Below, piece by piece: positions 26,318 through 34,700 of a DNA stretch of 39,083 nucleotides (positions within the stretch are counted from its first letter, which is position 1; each line of letters begins with the position of its first letter). The translations under genes and the position numbers were made by a program. Source of the stretch: a virus (taxonomy: Duplodnaviria; Caudoviricetes). The notes beneath the pieces were generated by a model, which was given only the letters and a program-made list of their open reading frames with translations, was not told where the DNA came from and did not search any database. The stretch covers positions 1 to 39,083 of IMG/VR virus record IMGVR_UViG_3300010376_000073, one strand, 5' to 3'.

Positions 26318-27808
26318 ATGGATAAAATAACTAGCACTTATCTTCGTGATCTTGCAGTGGCGTATCATAAAATAGATAACAGAGGAATTCTTTTTGATGA
26401 AAGGATAATGACCGACCTATCATATGCTATCAAAAAGATGGTTGATTCTTTATTGGCTGAACTCAGTAGTACCTGGGGTACTAGCGTATATCTTGGCATT
26501 ACAAATAAACCTAAGGGTAACGATAATCTCAATCTTGGTTCTCCTGTTCAATTGCTTGGTAAACTTAAGTCTCTTGGGTTCGAGGTACCGAAGGTGAGGA
26601 AGAAGAATAAGGAGACGTATGATGTTGAATATAAGGAAAGTGTGGAGGAACTGGTATTACGAAAGATTTTCGCCGAAACTAGTGCGCGGCCTATTCAGAT
26701 TATTCTTGAGATACGTGAACTCAACACATTGCGGACACGTTATGTTGATTCCAAACGGATCGAAGGTGTATTCTACTCTTGTTTTAATACCGCAGGAACT
26801 ATTACAGGAAGACGCTCCTGTAAAAAGCATACTTTCGGAGTTGGCGGTAACGCGCAAACTTTTCCTAAACATTATTCCCCGAATAGTTTATGTTACAAGT
26901 TCGGAGGACGTTTTCTCGAAGGAGTTATCAGTAGGCCAGGGAAAATATTTTTTATAGTAGATCAGGTAAGTGCAGAGGACTGGCCTACATCTGCGCTAGC
27001 GGAGAATCATAATGCATTGGACGAGTTACGTAATCAAGTCGATCGCCATACTAATTTGGCATCTTTCATTTTTGGCATACCTGTTGCTTCTCGTAGTAGG
27101 GATGCGTGGAAGCATAGTCTTGAACGATATCTTGGTAAGAAGTCGAGACATGCTTTTAATTACGGTCTGCGTGGTATTACTATGGCGGATCAGTTAGCTA
27201 AGGAAGGCTTTGCATTGCCACCTGAAAGATGTCAGTGGCTGTTAGATCAGGTAGACAAATATGACCCAAGTGTAGAGAGGATATTCCATGAATACATTCG
27301 TAATGAAATACTTGACAGACAATTACTGCGAACTCCGTTTGGACGTGAGTGCCACTTTACTGGACTTCGCAGTAATAGCCCAAATTACAATATTTTTAAT
27401 GAGGGTTATTCATATATTCCACAATCCACAGTCGGGGATAATACAGGCTTCGCTGTCTTTCAACTTGAACGAGAGTGTAACGATGTTGTTAACGAATGTC
27501 ATGACTCCATCACACAAGAAGTTTACAATGACTTGGGAACAGTTCTTAGCACTTATGAGAGAACCCGCAGAGCATTTGATAGAAACATTATCTTCCATAA
27601 TGGAATTACAATCAACATTCCAATCGAAGGTGAATTAGGATTTAGTCTGGGGGATACGGTGAAGATAGAAGAGTTTACGGAAGAAGGTGTTAGACTTGCA
27701 TTTGAAAAGTTAAATGATACAAGGGGAAGCAATGAGGGTACTGAAGAAACCCTGGATACAGGCATACGAACAGTACGTGGACCAGACGGAATCACCAACG
27801 GAGTATAA
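26318..27808 (+). CDS. polA: DNA polymerase A, polymerase domain
   Basis: RGI, NLGSPVQL, TITGRRS, motif A DQVSAE, motif B RYLGKKSRHAFNYG, TPFGR, PQSTVGD, motif C CHDS. Confidence 0.9.
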   Translation: MDKITSTYLRDLAVAYHKIDNRGILFDERIMTDLSYAIKKMVDSLLAELSSTWGTSVYLGITNKPKGNDNLNLGSPVQLLGKLKSLGFEVPKVRKKNKETYDVEYKESVEELVLRKIFAETSARPIQIILEIRELNTLRTRYVDSKRIEGVFYSCFNTAGTITGRRSCKKHTFGVGGNAQTFPKHYSPNSLCYKFGGRFLEGVISRPGKIFFIVDQVSAEDWPTSALAENHNALDELRNQVDRHTNLASFIFGIPVASRSRDAWKHSLERYLGKKSRHAFNYGLRGITMADQLAKEGFALPPERCQWLLDQVDKYDPSVERIFHEYIRNEILDRQLLRTPFGRECHFTGLRSNSPNYNIFNEGYSYIPQSTVGDNTGFAVFQLERECNDVVNECHDSITQEVYNDLGTVLSTYERTRRAFDRNIIFHNGITINIPIEGELGFSLGDTVKIEEFTEEGVRLAFEKLNDTRGSNEGTEETLDTGIRTVRGPDGITNGV

Positions 27809-28916
27809 TACATGGATGGCTATTGGAATAATAGGAAGTTCCTTGAAGAAGAATGTATGGCTTCCAGAGAAGTATACAAATGGGTTCTTTAAGATATATC
27901 CAAATCAATATGTAATTTTAGTAGGTCCACCTGGAGTTGGGAAGGGTACTGCTATAAATCCAGCTATTGATTTAGCTCGTAGAGCACAGACGGTGAATTA
28001 TATTGCGGATAGAACTACGGCAGAGAAAGTAGTGGAGCAGATTGGGAAAGGATTTAGTACGATATACAAGTCTCCAAGTGGAATAGTTAAACCTATTATG
28101 GATAATTCTGCGACTATAGTTAGTACAGAATTACCAATATTTCTACAGACAAGTGAGTGGATGCTTCCACTTATGTGTGAGATGTGGGATAGAAACGAAT
28201 TCTCTTATGCCACTAAGAACAAGGGTAGTATTAATGCTACAAATATTTGTATTTCTCTTATTGCAGGGTGCGTCCCTGACTATATTCGGAAGCTCAATAA
28301 AGATGCTATGTCTGCAATTACTGGTGGGTTTACTAGTCGTTGTATTTTTGTGTATGCTACAGAACGATCAAAGACTATAGCTTGGCCTGCTACTAATGGG
28401 AATATGGCGAAGTTAGAAACAGACTTGGTAAATGATTTGAAGGAAATATCTTTGCTTAGCGGAGAGGTACACTTTGATGCAAAGGCAAGGACAATGTGGG
28501 AAGCGCAGTATCAGAGCATGAAGCCTGATATGTTTGAGTCTGAAGTTCTATCAGGATTCAAGTCTAGAATGAAGTCACATATATTTAAGACTGCTATGAT
28601 ATTAAGTATATCTGAGAATAACAATAAGATAGTACTTGAAAGACATTTGTACAATGCTATTAAGTTAGTACAGGATATACGTAATAGAGTAGATACAACT
28701 TTTAGATCCCTTGGGGAATCTCCTCTGGCTGCACAACAAGACAGGGTGTTAAAATATATTGCTGCAAAGCAAAGCTGTACTAGTAAGGCTATCTTTGCAC
28801 ATATGTCACAACATATGACATACGACCAATTCTTGCAGATACTTTTTGTACTAGAGATGGCAGAGAAGATAAAGAAAAGGCCCAGTGGAAAGGTGGATAT
28901 GTATGAACTCTTTTGA
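27732..28916 (+). CDS. DUF3987-like P-loop helicase
   Basis: TESP, YVILVGPPGVGKGT, GGFTSRCIFV, wHTH-like C-terminus; start ATG 27732 (or 27714). Confidence 0.7.
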   Translation: MRVLKKPWIQAYEQYVDQTESPTEYNTWMAIGIIGSSLKKNVWLPEKYTNGFFKIYPNQYVILVGPPGVGKGTAINPAIDLARRAQTVNYIADRTTAEKVVEQIGKGFSTIYKSPSGIVKPIMDNSATIVSTELPIFLQTSEWMLPLMCEMWDRNEFSYATKNKGSINATNICISLIAGCVPDYIRKLNKDAMSAITGGFTSRCIFVYATERSKTIAWPATNGNMAKLETDLVNDLKEISLLSGEVHFDAKARTMWEAQYQSMKPDMFESEVLSGFKSRMKSHIFKTAMILSISENNNKIVLERHLYNAIKLVQDIRNRVDTTFRSLGESPLAAQQDRVLKYIAAKQSCTSKAIFAHMSQHMTYDQFLQILFVLEMAEKIKKRPSGKVDMYELF

Positions 28917-29490
28917 GGTAATATGGGAAGATGAGGTATATAAGGTAAAGGCTGGTATAGAAGAGATCGGCCTGTCTTGTATTGGAGATCAAATACTTGT
29001 TCTAGAAGACAAGTTTAAAACTGGATGGGAATGTTCTAAGTGCGAAGGAGAGTGTTACCTTGGGGAAGATTGTGACTTTTGCAACGGTACAGGGAAAGAA
29101 AACAATGCCACAGATCAGGAAGTTCCATGCAGAATGTGTTGCCCAAAAAATCTCCTTGATTCTTTCGGATGTATGCCAGGGAAAAAGATATGTGATAGAT
29201 GTGGAGGAAGAGGAAGTCTTATTATCGCACCTCAAATATCTCAACAAAAGCCGGCTTCAGGTACTATTGTCTCTATTGGCCCCGATGTGTATCCAGATTG
29301 CAGAATTATTAACAACGTCACAGGGCAAAGGTGGGCATACCCGATGAAGATGGGGGATCGGGTATTATATGGACATTTTGCTGGAAGTGATATAAGGCTT
29401 AAACAAAAAGAACTTGTTAGAGTAATGCATGCACATGAAGTATTGCTTAAGCTTCGTGGCAGGGCAAGATATGGAGACTTCGCACAGTGA
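28903..29490 (+). CDS. groES: GroES/Cpn10-like co-chaperonin with inserted DnaJ-type zinc finger
   Basis: GroES motifs IGDQILV...KT / GSLIIAP...QQKPASGTIVSIGP...MKMGDRVLYGHFAGSDI...VMHAHEVL; insert with CSKC, CDFCNGTG, CRMC, CDRCGGRG. Start moved to ATG 28903. Confidence 0.8.
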   Translation: MNSFEVIWEDEVYKVKAGIEEIGLSCIGDQILVLEDKFKTGWECSKCEGECYLGEDCDFCNGTGKENNATDQEVPCRMCCPKNLLDSFGCMPGKKICDRCGGRGSLIIAPQISQQKPASGTIVSIGPDVYPDCRIINNVTGQRWAYPMKMGDRVLYGHFAGSDIRLKQKELVRVMHAHEVLLKLRGRARYGDFAQ

Positions 29491-29837
29491 CATTCCGTCA
29501 AGCTATCGCACGTAAAGAAGGGAACATGCCACATCATAGGAATATGCGAAATAATAACCCAGGGAATATAGTATGGGGAAAGTTCGCAGAAGCACATGGT
29601 GGTACGTTAGAAGAACATAAGACTCCACGCTTTGCACGCTTTGAGACTATGGAGGCAGGGTGGGAAGCTATGAGGCAGTTACTGCTTAAACATTATAAAG
29701 GCTTGACAATAAAACAAGCCATTTACAAATGGGCGCCGCCAACAGAGAATGATAGTTTAAGCTATGTTCACTTTGTGTGTCACCATGCAAGGTTAAAGGC
29801 AGATGATGTGTTAACGGAGGAGATAATAAACCAATGA
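29487..29837 (+). CDS. Lysozyme-like muramidase (probable endolysin)
   Basis: EG...RNNNPGNI...FARF.T...G..A...LL..Y...TI...I.KWAP..END...Y...V. Confidence 0.7.
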   Translation: MTFRQAIARKEGNMPHHRNMRNNNPGNIVWGKFAEAHGGTLEEHKTPRFARFETMEAGWEAMRQLLLKHYKGLTIKQAIYKWAPPTENDSLSYVHFVCHHARLKADDVLTEEIINQ

Positions 29838-30187
29838 CAGCTAACGAGTACCAATCTCTGGCATGGTCTACAGCAAGGCCATTCTATAAGGCTTCTACAG
29901 ATAATCTAACATTTAATAACTTACAGCTAGCTGTAATTGTATTATCGCTTGTTAATAAGAGTGGAGAACTAGCGGATTTAATAAAAGGGCACACAGAATC
30001 AGGAGAAATCTTAGATTATAAGTTCAGGGAGAAGTATCTTGAACGGTTAGGAGATATTCAATGGTTTGTATCGGTTGCTGGGCAGATGATGAATCTGAAT
30101 CTGGAACATATAATGCAAATGAATATCTCGAAGTTAAGAGAAAAATATCCTACTGGCGTCCTTCAGGACAAGAATACAAAATTCTAG
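29834..30187 (+). CDS. MazG-like NTP pyrophosphohydrolase fold, degenerate active site
   Basis: NEYQ..A..TA, GELADLIK, LGDIQWFVS, NISKLREKYP. Confidence 0.75.
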   Translation: MTANEYQSLAWSTARPFYKASTDNLTFNNLQLAVIVLSLVNKSGELADLIKGHTESGEILDYKFREKYLERLGDIQWFVSVAGQMMNLNLEHIMQMNISKLREKYPTGVLQDKNTKF

Positions 30188-30195
30188 GAGGCAGT

Positions 30196-30312
30196 ATGTC
30201 TAAGAAGGTGAAAGCATTTGAGAAAACAGAAGAGAAGAGTGGTAAGGGTACAGCCATTCGACAGGCAAAGGCCATAGCTAAGGAAAGACTGCGTGAGAGA
30301 AAGAGGAAGTAG
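30196..30312 (+). CDS. 38-aa basic protein
   Basis: GGAGG RBS before ATG 30196; K/R-rich. Confidence 0.55.
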   Translation: MSKKVKAFEKTEEKSGKGTAIRQAKAIAKERLRERKRK

Positions 30313-30313
30313 T

Positions 30314-30454
30314 ATGCCGCTAAAAAAGGGAAGTTCGAAGAAGGTAATCTCTGAGAATATTAGAGAGCTAGAACATGCTGGAAAAGGAAGGAGTCACAAG
30401 CAGAATATTGCGATAGCTCTCTCCGAAGCCAGGAAATCTAAAAAGAAGAAATGA
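30314..30454 (+). CDS. 46-aa basic phage protein (absent from ORF track)
   Basis: MPLKKGSSKKVISENIRELEHAGKGRSHKQNIAIALSEARKSKKKK*, matching a widespread small phage protein pattern (MPLKKG.S.K.IS.NI...Q.VAIAL). Confidence 0.75.
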   Translation: MPLKKGSSKKVISENIRELEHAGKGRSHKQNIAIALSEARKSKKKK

Positions 30455-30487
30455 AATAAAGGCTCCCTACTTCTTGGGAGCCTTTTC
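30455..30487. terminator. Bidirectional terminator between convergent operons
   Basis: AAAGGCTCCC-N8-GGGAGCCTTT with A-run on the left and T-run on the right. Confidence 0.75.
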
Positions 30488-30976
30488 CCACTCTTCTACT
30501 TTATGTTTATCTGCCATAGCTTGACTCTCAATACTTGATAGGTATCTATGTACATCAGGAGTATACTTTATTTCTGGTGGTGTAGTACCTTTCCAGAAAG
30601 AAAGAAACTTATCTACTGTTGCGGCTATTTGCATTAGTAGAGATTGAATAGCTTGGTTACTAACATGTGGAACATTAAGTCCAGATGCCCATTCTAGTAT
30701 TTGTTTTGTCTTATCTGCGATAGATAAGGCTTCATCTTCTAGCAGTTTTGCCACGTTATCTACGAATTGAGCCACGCTACTGAGATAAGCTGCAACTTCT
30801 GCTATTAAATCTGCTGCTAGGCCAGTCATAAGACCAAGACTAGTCAGAGTTGCTTCTACTCTCTTCAGAATATCTTGCAACGATCCTAGAAGATCTGTAG
30901 TTTTACTACAACTCCAGCCTATAAATAACATAGAAGTTAGCGCCCCAAAGGTAAATTGCCGTCTATTTAGTTTCAT
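30467..30976 (-). CDS. Putative Tat-exported lipoprotein
   Basis: MKLNRRQFTFGALTSMLFIGWS|C: twin-Arg motif, h-region and Cys; amphipathic helical body. Confidence 0.6.
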   Translation of the reverse strand: MKLNRRQFTFGALTSMLFIGWSCSKTTDLLGSLQDILKRVEATLTSLGLMTGLAADLIAEVAAYLSSVAQFVDNVAKLLEDEALSIADKTKQILEWASGLNVPHVSNQAIQSLLMQIAATVDKFLSFWKGTTPPEIKYTPDVHRYLSSIESQAMADKHKVEEWEKAPKK

Positions 30977-31160
30977 TATTTTTCCCCCTTAAATATACCA
31001 TACACCATGCAGTGGTAAGTATTGTTAGTATTTCTAGAACAGCTAGGAAACCAAAGCTATTGTGTTCAGTTACATCGCCTTTCATTATTCCATATCCAAA
31101 CATAACCACAGCAGCTAAGATACCCCAGCCAAGAGAGGACTTGATTATTTCTGGAATCAT
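30963..31160 (-). CDS. Two-TM small membrane protein (holin candidate)
   Basis: 65 aa, two hydrophobic helices, charged C-terminus, AGGAG RBS. Confidence 0.5.
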   Translation of the reverse strand: MIPEIIKSSLGWGILAAVVMFGYGIMKGDVTEHNSFGFLAVLEILTILTTAWCMVYLRGKNNETK

Positions 31161-31171
31161 TATTTTTCTCC

Positions 31172-31792
31172 TTATACTGTTGTAATCTGCATCTGAAATG
31201 GACCAGAATCAACACTGACAGTACCGTTCCAGCCGTTCAAATAGGCGCCTGGATCTGTAGGACTATTATAGCTGGAGAGATCAGAAAAGTATTCTCCTGT
31301 GGTTCCTAAATCTGTGGGAACATAAAGAGAATACGCCCATCCAACATTGGATACAATACCAGTCCCCGGCTGACTACCATCTGTCAAACTAATCCAATAA
31401 CGAGTACTAGCGACAAGTCGCTGTGCCGCGATAAGATAGAATGGGGAATTGGTAGTTAGAATAGACATATCATAGATAATACCTAATTGTACAATCAATG
31501 CTCCAGGTACTGGACCAGGAGTACCAGGATCGGTAGGGTTGTTATAAGTCGTTCCTGTTGTAGTACCAAGTAAAGAAACAATTACTACACCACCTGTAGT
31601 TTTAGAAACGCCTGTTAAAAGAAGACCGACACTTGTTAGTACTAGTCCTGCGGGACCAGCTCCAGTTATAAAACTATTTGATATACCTGTTACCGATCCG
31701 CCAAAACACAAACCGCCAGGATTAGCAATTCCATTGCATATCAGATTATTTCCTACTACAGCTGTAGCGATGTTATTGTAAATATCAGGCAT
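31172..31792 (-). CDS. Beta-sandwich protein resembling the choice-of-anchor R domain
   Basis: IYNN...SNSFITG...LTSVGLLL...PG..PG.LI...L..STRYWISL...WAYS...GEY...PFQMQIT. Confidence 0.5.
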   Translation of the reverse strand: MPDIYNNIATAVVGNNLICNGIANPGGLCFGGSVTGISNSFITGAGPAGLVLTSVGLLLTGVSKTTGGVVIVSLLGTTTGTTYNNPTDPGTPGPVPGALIVQLGIIYDMSILTTNSPFYLIAAQRLVASTRYWISLTDGSQPGTGIVSNVGWAYSLYVPTDLGTTGEYFSDLSSYNSPTDPGAYLNGWNGTVSVDSGPFQMQITTV

Positions 31793-34700
31793 TATGGTTT
31801 CTTCTCCTTTTTCTTTTTAGTGCCTGCACCCAGAGGTGCGATAGCTCCAGAAGCTGCGGGACCAATACTGCCAATGTTCCACTGGGCTACACCGGCAAGT
31901 ATCTCCGTAAAGTTCTGGCCAACTACATCTGTTCCAGATACTAATAGGGTACTACTGTCTGGCAAAAATGTATAGCCACTTAGTAGCGGAATAATAATAT
32001 AACCACCATCAGCTACATTTGAAAATAAGTAATTACCATTAATATCCGTGATTGCTGTCTGCACGGTAATATCACCTGATACTTGTAGTTGCATCTGGAC
32101 ACCAGCAGGAGCAATACCTTGTATTGTACCGGATACATTATGACCGAATGCGGCTGTGAATTGTTGCCATGGCGGAGTGCTTGTAGTGACAGTGATATTT
32201 CGTGAAGCTGGAGTAAATGTATATCCTGCTAGACTCGGAGTAATTATATAATTACCAGCATTTACATTGAAACGACATTGGATATTAGTACCAACTTGTG
32301 TTGCTATACAAGTTGAGTTGTAATCACCTGAGATAGTAAATAAGACTCCTGGCGGAGCAACACCATTACTGACGTTACAAGTAATAGGAAACGCCCCTGT
32401 TCCGCCACCACCAGATGAACCAGCAAAATTCTGTAATATATTGGTATTAATGACGGTAATACTGGCGTTTGCAGGAGAGAATGTATAGTTTGCTAGTGTT
32501 GGCGTTAGTGTATAGCTTCCAGCTATTACAGTAAAGCTATAAGTACCACCTGTTCCTGTATTCTGTGTCTGCGTTGCTATCGCTGGTCCTGTTAAAGTCA
32601 TGATCGCAGCACTAGTACCTATACCGCTAACAGTTCCCGAAATAGTATAAGTGGGCACAACAGTACCTGTAAAGTTTTGTGCTGGAGGATTGGCATTGTT
32701 AACTGTAATGCTAGCACTAGCTGGACTAAAACTGTATCCTATTAGAGATGGTGTAACAGTATAAGAACCATTCATTAGCTGCAAACTATATGTTCCACCT
32801 GCCCCTGTAACTGTTGACCTTGTAATTGGACCAACAGCAGTTATAGTTACATTGCTAGCATTACTTACTGTACCTAATAATGTATATAGCGTAGCTCCAA
32901 CAGAAGTAAAAGCTGGGACTGTAACATCAGCAGTACTGATTGTAGCTGGAACACTGGCGGGACTAAATGTATATAGTGGAAAAGATGGCGTTACTGTATA
33001 TGAACCTGGAGCAAGCCCGTAAAATGTAAACGTTCCATTTGTAAGCGATGTTGTCGTTGCTGTAGTAGGACCAGATAAAGTTAGCGTTACATTAGCAGTA
33101 ATAGGTCCGGTAATAGTACCGGATAACATGTAAACACCAGCACGTGTCCATTGTCCAGTGAAAGTATTACCAACATCGTTAAGAAGTTCATGCATGTTAA
33201 CGCCAGCAGTTTGACGATCTAAAGTATTAATAGCATTTGGCCCAATCCATGCTGCTAGAGAAGATGGCCCAGTTAATGTAAGATCGGGAAATGTCGATGA
33301 ACCTACCTGATAAGTCATGGGAATAGTTCCCCCTGCCAGAGTAGGAATGATACCTACACTGTTATTCGGTCCCGACCCATTCATAGTGGTACTGGTAGCT
33401 CCACCAAAGATATTACCATTAATACGCTTAGCCGTAGAGTTAACACCAGTTCCACCAGGACTCCATATAGCTATAGCGCAACCACCTCCACCAATAGCCT
33501 GAAGTGTCCCACCAAATACATTATCAATAATCCAGAAATTAGTCGCAGGATTCGCTCCTTGCTGACTGGCAATACAGGTTCCAGCCCCACCCCAGTAAAT
33601 ACCATTCGGTGGACTCCCAACAAGACCGGAAGCTAGTTGCGCCGTGTTGTGTTGCCAGAGCCAGTCTCCTATTCGCGGATAGAAAATTAACGGCCATGGC
33701 TGTACTTGGACAGGAGGATATGGTGGACTACGATTGTCCATATTAGGAAGAAACAAATTATTAAAGAAGATAACTCGTTTAGTAGTACCAACCCCCATAG
33801 CTCCACCAACACACCCAGAGTAACCGGCGCCGGTTCCTGTTATCTGACAGTTATTATCATCGCTAGCGGCACGGATACCACTTGACTGGTTAATCGTTAG
33901 ATTGTTGGTAATTACAATATCATCTTCGGAGTATGCTGCGCCTGTAGCACCAAGACCACGTGGCGTAAGTATAAATGTAGCATACTGTTGTAAGGCTCCG
34001 TTAAAAGCGCCATCCATGATATTGCCATGCACATACATCGTATGGCCCATCTTAAGTTCCCAGTTATCTTTACCTTCCATCCGCACACAGGAGATGTTAT
34101 TGTCTGGTAGAATCAGGTTCGCCGCAGCATTAGTAGGATTAGAGATCCTTCCTGCGTTAAGTACGGACAAAGGAATATTGGCATGTGTAATCGGAAAACT
34201 GAAGCTTTGTGATGTAAGGGTAGATCCTGTTATATTATATGCGACATCGTTAAGAAACGTCCAGTTAGGATCGGTAACGCCAGTAAACATAATGCTCAGG
34301 TTGCCAGCTTTAATAGAGTTGTTAAGGGTATTCGTGACATAAGCTGTATTCGCTACTCCAGCACCATTATTGCAGGTTGGATCGTTACCAATACATATTG
34401 TAATAGGAGGGGTGATAATTGTAGGACGGACTACACCAATTCCATATGCCTTGGATATAGGAGGCTTGTAGAAGTAATTGTGTACAAATTCTATGTTGCT
34501 AGTCGGAGCGGGTCCAAGACCGATGTTATTTCCTGTACCTCCGGTAATAAAATTTTCTGTACCAGCAAGGATGGCATTGTTCTTTATAAGTTGACGACTA
34601 CCACCACTAAAGGCGGTTAAAGAATAAGTATCAAAGGTAACATAATTGAATACATCGTTAAAGTAGGACGATTCGATTACGGTGTCCGAGGCTCCCATGT

